Part shown: positions 38,810 through 49,255 of the stretch, one piece after another
How positions within the stretch are numbered: the stretch's first letter is position 1
Layout of the letters: each line of letters starts with the position of its first letter
NCBI GenBank assembly: GCA_964489445.1
Contig: CAZAYU010000005.1
Coordinates: forward strand, 68,799-132,798
Direction: 5' to 3'
DNA: 64,000 nt
Origin: an uncultured Planctomycetia bacterium
GTDB lineage: Bacteria; Omnitrophota; Gorgyraeia; Duberdicusellales; 4484-171
Made by a program: the position numbers and the translations under genes
The notes under the pieces: model-generated
Database searches by the model: none
Seen by the model: the letters and a program-made list of their open reading frames with translations, nothing else
Told to the model about the DNA's origin: nothing

Positions 38810-40088
38810 TAGGCATTTCTTTTAGAATATCAACTAAAAAGCCTATGTCCTTATCATTTAATAATGTATTTAAATACGATATCGTAAAATTAAGTTTTCC
38901 ATTGTAATTATTGACGAACACTCCCAGCCCGGGAGGAACTGGAGGGACAGGTAAATGAAATAGATTAGTTGCTTCTTTCCCAAATAGCTTTCTCCCATTA
39001 AAAACAGTTTCACCTAAATAGGAAAACGAAAACGAAGCCATCGCTCCCTTAGAGTAGAGCCCCAACAAATTGCTTAGAATTGGAATTGGCACAATTCTCA
39101 TAAGCATTACATTACTGCTGAATTTATCAGAGAACCTAGATTTTGTTTGTTCATATAATTGATTCTTTATCGATGTCATAGAATTTTCTGCTTCTTCATA
39201 GGTGAGTCTAAAGAACATGAAAGATAGATGATTAAAAAACATTTCCTTCTCTTCCCCTTTTTTCCTTGCATTCACCGTGACAGGAACAACCATACTATCA
39301 TTTTGAATTCCCTTCCTGTTTAAAAGCCGATTGAACGCATAAGTAACCCGGGACAATAAAAAAGGCATTATCAGCAAATACCCAGCCTCCTTATCAGCCC
39401 TTTCAATAATTTTCTTCGTTTGTTTCTCGTCAAACTGGATAACTTTATACTGATACTCTTGCTTTCCTTTTCCAATAGAAAGAGCCCTCACTTTTCTTTT
39501 TGGCGATAGCCAAATTAATTTTCGGTTAACATATCTTCCCGCCTTAAATTTCTCAAGCCACCTATTCAGGTGAGAAGGCCAACAGAACCTAGCAGGAAAG
39601 ACATAGCTCTGTTTGTCTTCTCTGTATCGCTCAAAAGCATCTACAAAAAACTCCGCTCCGAGGCCATCAAAAAGTTTATGGCTAAAAGTAAATACAGCAT
39701 ACGATTTCTCATTATGAGACACAATATCACAATAAAGATAGCCTTCACTGGATTGATCGTATTTTTGAGAAATTTCTGCACAAAAAGAAATAAAATTAGA
39801 AGCTTCTTGTATTCTATGTGAAGAAATAGACACAGGTTTGATCTCTTTATTCTTGTCTATTTTCCAATAAGGAGCAAGATTAAGAGCTCTTGCCACGCGC
39901 CCTTTAAATACGAAATGGCCACTAATAAATTGATTCAGATCTTGCTCAAAGGGATCAATATCAATCACGCCATTCACTTCAAAAACAATATGAAACACGT
40001 TTCCTTTACCGATCTTTTTTTCATTCATATGATCGAAAGCGTGGACCAACCAATCAATACCTGTTAGATATCTTTTACTGGCCATCAA
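38802..40088 (-). CDS. Condensation-domain/CAT-like acyltransferase
   Basis: FSHKLFDGLG (HxxxDG), VPVTVNAR, SFSFSYLG. Confidence 0.72.
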   Translation of the reverse strand: MMASKRYLTGIDWLVHAFDHMNEKKIGKGNVFHIVFEVNGVIDIDPFEQDLNQFISGHFVFKGRVARALNLAPYWKIDKNKEIKPVSISSHRIQEASNFISFCAEISQKYDQSSEGYLYCDIVSHNEKSYAVFTFSHKLFDGLGAEFFVDAFERYREDKQSYVFPARFCWPSHLNRWLEKFKAGRYVNRKLIWLSPKRKVRALSIGKGKQEYQYKVIQFDEKQTKKIIERADKEAGYLLIMPFLLSRVTYAFNRLLNRKGIQNDSMVVPVTVNARKKGEEKEMFFNHLSFMFFRLTYEEAENSMTSIKNQLYEQTKSRFSDKFSSNVMLMRIVPIPILSNLLGLYSKGAMASFSFSYLGETVFNGRKLFGKEATNLFHLPVPPVPPGLGVFVNNYNGKLNFTISYLNTLLNDKDIGFLVDILKEMPNG

Positions 40089-40332
40089 TAACTTTGAGTA
40101 AGCATTGGGATAAAGAATTTATTGTGCTAAAATCTTCTTTGGATAAGCTTGTGTCAATCAATTTTAGATTAAAACTTTTCTCTATAGAAACAAGTAATTC
40201 AACAAAGCTCAAAGAATCAAGCCCCATAGAATGTAGCGGCTTATTGACATCAATAGATTCAGTTTCTATCGATAGTATCATAGAAATTTCATCCACTAAC
40301 TTATCCTGAATTTCTTGTATATCACAATTCAT
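40075..40332 (-). CDS. Acyl carrier protein 3
   Basis: GLDSLSFVEL. Confidence 0.9.
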   Translation of the reverse strand: MNCDIQEIQDKLVDEISMILSIETESIDVNKPLHSMGLDSLSFVELLVSIEKSFNLKLIDTSLSKEDFSTINSLSQCLLKVIDGQ

Positions 40333-40350
40333 ATAACACTGATCCCTAGA

Positions 40351-41034
40351 TTATTTAAATATATACCCGTTGATCTCACTAACTTTATCGCCCTTAAAAT
40401 GAACCGTAAAGCTTTTAGCCCGGCTTTCCCAATAAGTCCATAAGTCAGAATCGACAGAAGACGTTTTATGTGTTGGCGGATACCCGTAAGCCATTAAAAC
40501 TGCTTTTTTGCTCATGCCTACTTTTATCTTTCCATTCTCAACATCTTCTTTCTCTTTGCTTGATAACTTCTTAAAATCTTCTTCCAGGGGATTATCATTT
40601 GAAAAATATCTATCAAACAACTCGTATAAATCTATCTTACTATGCTTCGCCGCACGCGTATAAGTGTACACTTTTTTTCCGGACACAACAGTAAACTTTA
40701 TCTTATTGCCCCCAAATTTATCGACTCTAACTTCTGTTCCTGCAGAAATCATTGCCCCTCTATGAAAATTTGTTGAAAGAAAATTCTTTTCTTTTTCAAA
40801 CCACATGTTCGCCTTTAAATAAAATACCTTACCTTTAACTCTTTTTTCCATGTTTCTTAGTTTTTCTCTTCTTTCCCTTATCTTCTTTTTTCTTTTTTGC
40901 TCTGGAGTCATCAATTTATCCCTATACTCTTGCGTTCCTGCAAAATTCATGTCATTTGCATACACATTTATTACTAGAGCTGACATTGATAACACTAATA
41001 TTAAGCTAAAATTAAGAATTATTTTTCTGGCCAT
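40351..41034 (-). CDS. Exported protein with SmpA/OmlA-like C-terminal motif
   Basis: Signal peptide; IKVGMSKKAVLMAYGYP...WTYW. Confidence 0.7.
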   Translation of the reverse strand: MARKIILNFSLILVLSMSALVINVYANDMNFAGTQEYRDKLMTPEQKRKKKIRERREKLRNMEKRVKGKVFYLKANMWFEKEKNFLSTNFHRGAMISAGTEVRVDKFGGNKIKFTVVSGKKVYTYTRAAKHSKIDLYELFDRYFSNDNPLEEDFKKLSSKEKEDVENGKIKVGMSKKAVLMAYGYPPTHKTSSVDSDLWTYWESRAKSFTVHFKGDKVSEINGYIFK

Positions 41035-41051
41035 ATTGCCCTTCTTTTTTA

Positions 41052-41993
41052 TTATATTGTTAGGTTAAAAACCGTTTTCTTATTTCTATCAAAAAACCTT
41101 ATATTTTTGATATTATCCGAAGACTCAAGGTTAACGTCGTTTCTTAACTTTATAAGATTTGAGTAAACATGTTTATTTTTAAGCATTAAAGCTGCTGAGG
41201 CACAGCAAAAGCTTGAACCTGATGCGACCCATCCCCATGCTGAATAATTGTTGAAAGAGACTATATTTTTCTCATCATCTTCTTTTCCTCCTGAAACTTG
41301 ATTGCACTCGATATTACAATACTTTGCTTTTCTTTTGCCATCGCTCAATAAAAAGAAAGCGCTTCCTTCCCCAGGAATAGATTCTACAATATTTAGCTTT
41401 TGAGTACATATGTATTCCATAGCAAGGCTTAACTCATCAACAGTTCCCACAAGGACATACTTACACCTTCCTTGATTAATCCACGCATCAGCTAATTGCA
41501 AAGCATTGCAAAATGGAAAACAGAAATCCGTCAGAGTAATTGCTGGCCCCTTAATATTTAATACCGATGCAATATATGATGCCGCAGCATTATGAACAGA
41601 ATGCGAAAATGTCGTTGGAGAAACGCTAGCTTCACCATAATCAAGGATATTATCCAAAAAATTAAATGTTGTCCTATGAGGACCAAATGATGTGGAAACA
41701 ATAACACCAACCTTTTCATTTTCGGCTATTTCTATTCCACTATCTTTAAACGCGTCCCACGCTGCTAAAACAGCCATCTTACAAAACCGATCAGATCGTC
41801 GACACTTTTTAAGTACATCTTTATCTTTCAAAACTTTATCATCTACGCTAAAAACAGGAATTGTCTTCTTTGTTATTGCTGAATATTCTGAAGATTTTGG
41901 TTCAGAATGATCTTGCTGTAAAGCTTTCACAAAGTTTTCAATCCCTCTTCCCGCGCTTGAAATTATTCCAATTCCTTGGATTTTCATAAACAA
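41052..41993 (-). CDS. Ketosynthase N-terminal-only protein (chain-length-factor-like)
   Basis: SPTTFSHSVHNAAAS and PGEGSAFF; lacks the HGT and GH catalytic His motifs. Confidence 0.82.
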   Translation of the reverse strand: MFMKIQGIGIISSAGRGIENFVKALQQDHSEPKSSEYSAITKKTIPVFSVDDKVLKDKDVLKKCRRSDRFCKMAVLAAWDAFKDSGIEIAENEKVGVIVSTSFGPHRTTFNFLDNILDYGEASVSPTTFSHSVHNAAASYIASVLNIKGPAITLTDFCFPFCNALQLADAWINQGRCKYVLVGTVDELSLAMEYICTQKLNIVESIPGEGSAFFLLSDGKRKAKYCNIECNQVSGGKEDDEKNIVSFNNYSAWGWVASGSSFCCASAALMLKNKHVYSNLIKLRNDVNLESSDNIKNIRFFDRNKKTVFNLTI

Positions 41994-42024
41994 TTATACT
42001 TTTTGATAAAAATTATATGCCAGC

Positions 42025-42480
42025 CTATTTATCCGAGTAGTTATCAAGTATTTTCTTCTTTTGTTCTTCAAAGTCATCCTGAGTTATAAGTCCCTCTGAC
42101 AATAGCTTGCTGAGAGTTTTTATCTTAAATTCTACGCTATCTTCTAGCTCTATATCACTCTCGTCAGCATCTTCCCTTAATCTTGAATCATCTTCTGATA
42201 AACATTTAAAAGTCAACTCAGCTGTAGACCACCTAACAAACGGGGCCCAATTGCCACATTCAGATTTCATAGAATAAAGTTGCTTGTTTTTACTTATACA
42301 ATGCTCGTTTCCGATTCTATATAGCTTAGCCAACACGGTAGCACCTTTAGAAAATGGAGTAGAAGTGCTGCCAGAGATCATATAGGTATCTTTTCCTGTT
42401 CGAACTACTCCTCCAATTGCACATCCCGAAAACATAAAAATAATTAAAAAAAAGTATATAAAATAATTTATTTTCTTCAT
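42025..42480 (-). CDS. Lipoprotein with C-terminal SHOCT domain
   Basis: Lipobox FSGC; LSKLLSEGLITQDDFEEQKKKIL. Confidence 0.8.
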   Translation of the reverse strand: MKKINYFIYFFLIIFMFSGCAIGGVVRTGKDTYMISGSTSTPFSKGATVLAKLYRIGNEHCISKNKQLYSMKSECGNWAPFVRWSTAELTFKCLSEDDSRLREDADESDIELEDSVEFKIKTLSKLLSEGLITQDDFEEQKKKILDNYSDK

Positions 42481-42502
42481 TGTCTCTCCTTAAATATTCA
42501 TT

Positions 42503-43648
42503 TTATTCTTCTCTATTGATTACAAGAGCCGCATTGTTCCCACCAAAAGCTAATGACGTTGACAAGCCGTACTGCCCTTTAACTTCTGTCTTTTTCTTTA
42601 ATGGAGAAATCCCTATTTCCTCATCTTCACTCTGGAATCCAGCACTTTTCGGAATCCAACCCGCTTTCAAAGCTAAAGCCGTAAACACAGCCTCGATTGC
42701 ACCAGCTGCCCCCAATGTGTGCCCAGTATAACCTTTAGTAGAAAGTACTTTAACGTCGGTGCCGAAAAGCTCACCAATTACTCTCCCTTCTACTTTATCA
42801 TTATCTAAAGTTGCAGTTCCATGCGCATTTATAAAATAAATATCTCGCAATTCAATCCCTGCCCCCTCTATTGCTTCCTTGATAGCATTTTTTAATCCAA
42901 CTCCATCTGGATGCGGAGCCGTTAAATGATGTGCATCTGATCCTGAACCATAAGCTGAAATATGCATCTTGGACAGGCCTCTTTTTTCTAGAATTAAAAC
43001 TCCTGCCCCCTCTCCAAGGTTTAACCCTTTTCTATTTTTATCAAATGGCGCACATACTGTATCACTCATAATTCCTAATGAATTGAATCCGCATAAAGGA
43101 ATTTTATTTAATTCATCTGCGCCACCGGCGATTACAATATCACACATATCATTCTTTAGCCAAGATATTGCAATCCCAATCGCATCAGCTCCTGAAGAAC
43201 ACGCATTAACAACAACGCTCTTTGGGCCATTTAATTTATACTTCTTTGCAATAACTTCCGCCAAATTTCCATTCAAATATTTGTTAACAGAAGTAATACA
43301 AGCTTGCCCTGTCTCTTTAAATTCTTTATAAAAATCAATATTATTTAGCTGGCTAGCTACCGTTGTTCCAAAACAGACACCAACCCTTTTATTGTTATCA
43401 AAAATATCTCCGTCGTAGCCTTCGATAGCTTCTTCGACAGCAGACAACAATAAGCTTAAAGTCCTATTTCTACACTTCGGCTGATACCCTCTAACCTCAA
43501 AAACAGGCTTATTTAGTTCCGTCTCAAACAAAGTAACTTTACCGACATTAATATATCCTTTGTCGAAAGTTTGTATTGTTTCTGTAATATTCCTACCCGC
43601 AGCCGAAATACAGCCCATTGCGGATATTGTAATCTGATTATTATTCAT
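42503..43648 (-). CDS. Beta-ketoacyl-ACP synthase
   Basis: NACSSG, AHGTAT, GHTLGAAG, AFGGNN. Confidence 0.93.
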   Translation of the reverse strand: MNNNQITISAMGCISAAGRNITETIQTFDKGYINVGKVTLFETELNKPVFEVRGYQPKCRNRTLSLLLSAVEEAIEGYDGDIFDNNKRVGVCFGTTVASQLNNIDFYKEFKETGQACITSVNKYLNGNLAEVIAKKYKLNGPKSVVVNACSSGADAIGIAISWLKNDMCDIVIAGGADELNKIPLCGFNSLGIMSDTVCAPFDKNRKGLNLGEGAGVLILEKRGLSKMHISAYGSGSDAHHLTAPHPDGVGLKNAIKEAIEGAGIELRDIYFINAHGTATLDNDKVEGRVIGELFGTDVKVLSTKGYTGHTLGAAGAIEAVFTALALKAGWIPKSAGFQSEDEEIGISPLKKKTEVKGQYGLSTSLAFGGNNAALVINREE

Positions 43649-43651
43649 GTT

Positions 43652-43942
43652 TTATTCTGATTTATTTTCTATATTGGCTACAACATACTTTGCTAAGGTA
43701 TCCAATGAATAAAATATCTCTCGCCCTTTAGTCATATCCTTCACTTCTAACCCAAAGTTTCTTTGGAGTAAAACAACAATCTCAACAGCGTCCAAGGAAT
43801 CTAAGCCTAATCCATCACCAAAAAGAATCTCATCATCCTTGATATTTTCAGCCTTAACGTCCTCAAGAGATAGATGGTCTACCAGTAACTCTTTTAATTT
43901 CTTTCTTATTTCAACCAATCTTTTTTCTTCTGATTCCTGCAT
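43652..43942 (-). CDS. Acyl carrier protein 2
   Basis: LFGDGLGLDSLDAVEI. Confidence 0.93.
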   Translation of the reverse strand: MQESEEKRLVEIRKKLKELLVDHLSLEDVKAENIKDDEILFGDGLGLDSLDAVEIVVLLQRNFGLEVKDMTKGREIFYSLDTLAKYVVANIENKSE

Positions 43943-43961
43943 TTTTCCTCCTTAGTCATAT

Positions 43962-44525
43962 TTATTGATTTTGGAATTCAAACACTAACTTATTCCCATT
44001 TTTTCTATTAATTAAAGGAATGCTAAATTTTTCGCCACTCGCAAGAGGATGAATAAACATCACCCCGCTTATATCAGAATTTGGATCAACGGAAACATCA
44101 ACAATTTCCTTAGCCAAATAGTCTTTTCTAATTTTATTATTTATTTTAATAATGCGAACATGGAGAGGTGGCCAAGGACCAGCATGTATCCACTGGTTGC
44201 GCGCACACTTTCTTGCGGCTTCTTCTGCATATATATAGTTAGGCTCAACGCTAGCCTTTCTAAATCCGTAAGCCACATCACTCTTGTTATCTATCACAAT
44301 AAATACTGGCTGAATTTCCCTTCCCCGCATATCGCAACTAAATATCTCGCTTGCCTCATCATAATCAAAAAACTTTACAGCTACAGAAACACCATTTAGG
44401 TTAACAGCATCGACATAATCTTCAACATAATTGCTTGGCAACCTGCCCGCGTAGTATCCGCCACACCCGGAAATAGCAACCATTAAAAATACTAAGATAA
44501 AAAAAAGTAACGCCCTCTTAAACAT
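43962..44525 (-). CDS. Lipoprotein of unknown function
   Basis: Lipobox ISGC; GAGGGGG RBS. Confidence 0.75.
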   Translation of the reverse strand: MFKRALLFFILVFLMVAISGCGGYYAGRLPSNYVEDYVDAVNLNGVSVAVKFFDYDEASEIFSCDMRGREIQPVFIVIDNKSDVAYGFRKASVEPNYIYAEEAARKCARNQWIHAGPWPPLHVRIIKINNKIRKDYLAKEIVDVSVDPNSDISGVMFIHPLASGEKFSIPLINRKNGNKLVFEFQNQ

Positions 44526-44566
44526 AACAACACCCCCTCATGAAATTATTTTGCTATACACTTATT

Positions 44567-45457
44567 TTAGCCCCATACATCCGCAAAAAGAAAAATTTGA
44601 TACGGATAATTTTCTGCATAGTTATTTAAAACCGTTGCATATTCTTGCACATATTCCTTTAGTTGCTGCCTTTTCTCTTTTTTTCCATCATACTTCGGTC
44701 TTATAACATTGTTAAAATCAACTAGATATTCTTTATGCGATAATTTTGCCGTTAATAAAACAATTATCGGACACTCTAAAGACGCCGCAATTAAAAATGC
44801 TCCAAAAGGAAAACCAGCTTTCTCCCCTAAATAATCCACACCTAAAGCTGGAAACCCATATCGACGGTCACCCATTATGGAAACAACATCCCCACTGTTA
44901 ATCTTTTCTGTTATTTCAATTACTCCTCCAAAGTCTTGCTCCGGAGAAATAATCTTCACTCTTTCTTTTTCTGAGTCAATTTTTAAATTTTTCTTAACAG
45001 TTGTATTGTCTTCTAGCCTCATGACAAGATATATATTTTTATTTAGCTCCTTTAAACAAGATAGAGCTACTTGCCAATTGCCAATATGAGATGTGAGGAA
45101 TATACATCCTTTTTCACTTTGATTAACAATTTTCTTAACAGAATCAAACCCTTTAAGATGCATTGTAAATCCTTCATATCCCGACACTATCGCATACCGA
45201 TCAATCAGCGCCTTTCCTTGACTAACAAAAAGTAAATATACGTGCCGATATTGTTTTAAGAATCCATCTCCTCTAAATCGTCTTTTTGTGTACGCTAAAG
45301 CGCCTTTAACTGCTGCTCGGTCAAACAGCAAATAATATGTACAAACGATATACAACAAGCCATACGCACCTCGTAAGCCAAACAGCCTTGCAGAAACCAT
45401 AAAAATCTGAAATCCCAGCTCGTTTCCTCTTTTTTTTACTTCAATCTTCTTAGACAC
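44567..45457 (-). CDS. LpxL/LpxP-like acyltransferase
   Basis: TSHIGNWQ, IMGDR, YPYQIF. Confidence 0.87.
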   Translation of the reverse strand: MSKKIEVKKRGNELGFQIFMVSARLFGLRGAYGLLYIVCTYYLLFDRAAVKGALAYTKRRFRGDGFLKQYRHVYLLFVSQGKALIDRYAIVSGYEGFTMHLKGFDSVKKIVNQSEKGCIFLTSHIGNWQVALSCLKELNKNIYLVMRLEDNTTVKKNLKIDSEKERVKIISPEQDFGGVIEITEKINSGDVVSIMGDRRYGFPALGVDYLGEKAGFPFGAFLIAASLECPIIVLLTAKLSHKEYLVDFNNVIRPKYDGKKEKRQQLKEYVQEYATVLNNYAENYPYQIFLFADVWG

Positions 45458-46646
45458 TCACAGCACCTTTCTCTGTTTTTCGCTGCAAAAATTTTGTAAT
45501 ACCAAAAACCATAAAGCCAGTAAATACTGCTAATATAGGTGCAACAACCAAAGATCCTAAAAACCATTCCCAAATTCGGTCAAATGCCTGATAAAAAATA
45601 ACATCGACAGAAACTTCTGTCAGCCATGTTCCATAAAGCATGAAATGCCCAACCTCTATGCATACGACAGGAACAAATGGCGGCGCACACAAATTCTGGA
45701 TGCTCACTGCCATAACTTTATTCAAATGCAATCGAGTAGTGACATAAACAATCACAATAGTATGCACTGCAATCAAAGGTAGCACAGCCAGCAAAATCCC
45801 AACTGCCGCGGAGGCAGCCAAGCCTTCAGGAGTTGCATTTTCTTTAAGCAAAAACTTTAAGACTTTAAGAGGATGTTTAAGCAATTCTTTATGCATAATA
45901 CTTTTTTCTTCTCGCTGAATTAGCTTCTTATGAGGAACAGGCAGCAGCCTCCTTAAAACAAGCTGTGTATGCATCATTGAAATTCTTAAATTATCTAGAA
46001 ATCCTTTAAAATGAGAAATTCGCTCCCCTTCTTTAGCATAATGCACGCCAACATCAACTGTCTTAATCCTTAAACCAGCCCAAGCCGCTTTTGCAATAGC
46101 TTCCGTCTCAAAGTCATAATGTACGCCCTTCAAATTAAGCCTCAAAATGTAATCAACAGGGTATGCACGAAAACCACTTTGGCAATCATCAATAGATAGT
46201 CCAGTTTCTATCTTAAACCAGAAATTTGAGAAATTTCTTCCAAATTTACTCTTGCCCGGAATATTCTCTGCAAAAAAATTTCTGGAACCAATAACAATGA
46301 CATCGCCCTGATCTCCAATCTCAGCAATAATCTTAGCGATATCTTTCGGATAATGCTGCCCGTCTGCATCTATTGTAACCGCGTACCTACCACCTTCTTT
46401 TTTTACATATTTCAACCCAGTTAGAATTGCCGCACCTTTACCTTCATTGTTTTCATGCTTAATAACAACAACTCTTCCATCCGCAACAGCTAATCCCACG
46501 TTAAGATCAGTACTTCCATCATCAACAACAACAATGTTCTCAACTTGTTCTTTACACCCCAAAATAACGTCTTTTAAAGTCTTTCCATTGTTGTAAACGG
46601 GGATGATACACCAAATCTTATTTCCTTCAAAATTACTTGGAGTCAT
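45450..46646 (-). CDS. GT2 glycosyltransferase fused to DUF2062
   Basis: IIPVYN, VVDDGS, IDADGQH, DCQSGFRAYP; C-terminal TPEGLAASAAVG membrane domain. Confidence 0.9.
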   Translation of the reverse strand: MTPSNFEGNKIWCIIPVYNNGKTLKDVILGCKEQVENIVVVDDGSTDLNVGLAVADGRVVVIKHENNEGKGAAILTGLKYVKKEGGRYAVTIDADGQHYPKDIAKIIAEIGDQGDVIVIGSRNFFAENIPGKSKFGRNFSNFWFKIETGLSIDDCQSGFRAYPVDYILRLNLKGVHYDFETEAIAKAAWAGLRIKTVDVGVHYAKEGERISHFKGFLDNLRISMMHTQLVLRRLLPVPHKKLIQREEKSIMHKELLKHPLKVLKFLLKENATPEGLAASAAVGILLAVLPLIAVHTIVIVYVTTRLHLNKVMAVSIQNLCAPPFVPVVCIEVGHFMLYGTWLTEVSVDVIFYQAFDRIWEWFLGSLVVAPILAVFTGFMVFGITKFLQRKTEKGAVSV

Positions 46647-48006
46647 AACTCATATGCCTTTTACGTTTTTCTTTTCCTTTAAGAAGCATGTCCCATAAAC
46701 AACCTGAATATCCCATCTTGTGAAGAAACTGCAAACTACTATCTAGCGCGTCCGGAGGAAAAACACAATTCCTCATTCCTTTAAAACCTTCGGTCAATGT
46801 TTTTTCCAGCCATTCTTTTTCAATCGCAGGATCAATGTAATAAACTGGATCTAAAAGATTCCCACCCATCTCAATAACTCCATCATCCTCTGCGATCTTT
46901 AATAATGAGGTTCCCGGTAAAATTCGTACTCCCATAAATATAAATGAAACCGAATTCTTTAGCCTTTGAATATTCTCGATGCCTTCAATAGCTGTTTCTT
47001 TTGTTTCTCCGGGGCATCCAAACATATAATAATGCGCAACCGCAACTTCATGCTTTACGAATAAATCATTTGATTCAATAGCATCTCTAAATAAAAATGA
47101 TTTACCTAGCTTCTTTAAAGTTGTATCTGTCGGTGCATCTGTTCCCAACTCAGCTGCGCACAGCCCTGTACTTTTCATCAATTCTACAATTCCATCCGTT
47201 AGTCCTCTTGGAGTAAAAAACGCTGTCCATGGAACATTTATGTTTCGTTCTTTCATCTCTTTCACAACTTTCAAGTATTCCCCTTGAGAATCATTAAAAA
47301 CAGAATCTGTAAAGAAAATAAGTTTTGCTCCGTACTGTTCATGTAGCTCTTGGACATCATCCACAACAGATTTTGGAACTCTAGCTCTTATTTTTGATCC
47401 TTCCAGCAAAGGATAAGAACAATAAACACATTTACAAGAACACCCTCTTTTTGTTTGAATAGAAGCAACATTGCCGCTTTGCAAATAATACTTCATTAAT
47501 TCTGAATCATATAAAGCATTCGGAATTACACCACCACTTATCAGAGCTCTGCTTCGTATACACTTTTCTTTTGGAAAAATCCTTCTTTCAATATCCTTTA
47601 CAAATTTAACTATCAGTTCTTCCCCTTCACCTACAATTCCATAATCTGCTCCTGTTTTTTCAAGAATAACATTTGGCATGATGGAAAACCCTGAGCCCCC
47701 TAACACAACGACAGCTTTTGAATTCTTCTTTATCATCGCAACAATATCTGTAACAGCATCAATATATCGCTGCTCATTCATTAAATTCACATTATCGATA
47801 TTGCGAATCGAAACCCCTACAATATCCGGATCAATTCTTTTTTGCTCTTTGTTGAGAACATCTAGAGACTTCTCACTTTTTAAGTAATCTCTTTGTTCAA
47901 CATTAATTCCCGCATTCTTTAAAGCTGCTGCAACCATGCTCATCCCCAAAGGATAAATCGTGTAAGGTGTCTTCGCCACATTAGAAGATATTAATAAAAC
48001 TTTCAT
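46633..48006 (-). CDS. Lipid-biosynthesis B12-binding radical SAM protein (TIGR04072-like)
   Basis: YPLGM, GVSIRNIDN, TKRGCSCKCVYC, FFTDSVFN. Confidence 0.87.
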   Translation of the reverse strand: MKVLLISSNVAKTPYTIYPLGMSMVAAALKNAGINVEQRDYLKSEKSLDVLNKEQKRIDPDIVGVSIRNIDNVNLMNEQRYIDAVTDIVAMIKKNSKAVVVLGGSGFSIMPNVILEKTGADYGIVGEGEELIVKFVKDIERRIFPKEKCIRSRALISGGVIPNALYDSELMKYYLQSGNVASIQTKRGCSCKCVYCSYPLLEGSKIRARVPKSVVDDVQELHEQYGAKLIFFTDSVFNDSQGEYLKVVKEMKERNINVPWTAFFTPRGLTDGIVELMKSTGLCAAELGTDAPTDTTLKKLGKSFLFRDAIESNDLFVKHEVAVAHYYMFGCPGETKETAIEGIENIQRLKNSVSFIFMGVRILPGTSLLKIAEDDGVIEMGGNLLDPVYYIDPAIEKEWLEKTLTEGFKGMRNCVFPPDALDSSLQFLHKMGYSGCLWDMLLKGKEKRKRHMSYDSK

Positions 48007-48013
48007 GTTTACA

Positions 48014-49255
48014 TTACCGCCTATCAACTATTAATTTCTGTTTTTTAAATGTCCCATCAGCTTTTTCTTTCTTGATGATATCTATAAATAGCTTTGCCAT
48101 CTTTATCTCCTGACAACAATCACCGTAAAAAGTATCCCATGCATAGTGATACATCTTTTGCAAAGAATCCACCGTCATCAATTTCGGCTGAAAAACAACT
48201 TCCCCACATGTATATTTGATCCAATCGTTATGTAAAATTCTTCCCTGATTCTCCATCTCTCTCCTAAATGGCGTCTGAGAAAAAGGTGTTAAAATAGTAA
48301 ACTCGGCCAAATCCAAATCTATTTCCATGAGAAAATCTACCATTCGCTTAATGTAATCTTCATCGTGATGTTCCAGGCCAAGGAGAATTGTCCCTTCAAC
48401 TCCGATTCCCCTCTCTTTTAGCCTTTTAACTCTATTACGCATATAATCCGAAGTGTCCACAATAGCTTGATACACATACCAGCACCCAGCCTTGGCTGCT
48501 AGATCAAGTATCTCATCGTCGTCTTTAATCGGATGTGAGATCCATTTCTTTTTCAATGGTGCAATTGCCCTAAACAGTTTTTTCTCCCATTCATCATCCT
48601 GCGCTAATGAATTATCAACAATAAATAACCGGTTATTCTTTATACTCTCCAGCTCTTTGACAACTTTCTCGATAGGCCGAGGCCTAAAGCACTTCCCTCC
48701 TAAAAATCGTACGCAACAAGGAAAACAATTGAATTTACACCCTCTGGACATGTGCATCAAGTCAACCATCTGCACACCCTTAAAATTGTATAACTCATGG
48801 TTCAAGATATCTCGTCTTGCAGTATCTACCAATGAGATATCTGGCAATTGTTTTTGATAATTGTAAACTTGCTTTAACTTGCCGTTTCTAAAATCATTAA
48901 TCAAATTTCCGATCACACCTTCCGCTTCCCCTAAAAACACAGCATCTGCATGCGGGATTGTTTCCTCAGGATGCAGCATTGTAGCAATGCCTCCGAAAAT
49001 CACTTTTTTCCCTTTTGCCCGATACAAATCTGCTATTTCCCATGCTCTTGGCATTTGGCATGTCAGCATAACAGACATAGCTATTAAATCAGCATCTTCA
49101 TTAAAATTAATATTTTCTACATTTTCATCGTAGAATGAAATTTCAATATCTGACCCCAAGGCCGCAGCAAAACAGACAGGACCATGAGGAGGCAGATTGA
49201 AACTTGTTTGCTCCTTAAGTTTTGGCCACTTAGGATATATAATCAGTAACTTCAT
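48014..49255 (-). CDS. B12-binding radical SAM protein
   Basis: N-terminal cobalamin-binding domain, GEAE, SRGCKFNCFPC. Confidence 0.9.
   Translation of the reverse strand: MKLLIIYPKWPKLKEQTSFNLPPHGPVCFAAALGSDIEISFYDENVENINFNEDADLIAMSVMLTCQMPRAWEIADLYRAKGKKVIFGGIATMLHPEETIPHADAVFLGEAEGVIGNLINDFRNGKLKQVYNYQKQLPDISLVDTARRDILNHELYNFKGVQMVDLMHMSRGCKFNCFPCCVRFLGGKCFRPRPIEKVVKELESIKNNRLFIVDNSLAQDDEWEKKLFRAIAPLKKKWISHPIKDDDEILDLAAKAGCWYVYQAIVDTSDYMRNRVKRLKERGIGVEGTILLGLEHHDEDYIKRMVDFLMEIDLDLAEFTILTPFSQTPFRREMENQGRILHNDWIKYTCGEVVFQPKLMTVDSLQKMYHYAWDTFYGDCCQEIKMAKLFIDIIKKEKADGTFKKQKLIVDRR

Noticed and set aside
46633-49255. Claim that the organism makes ladderanes
   Set aside because: Similar clusters occur in non-anammox bacteria and the ladderane pathway is unproven; sequence alone cannot establish the product.
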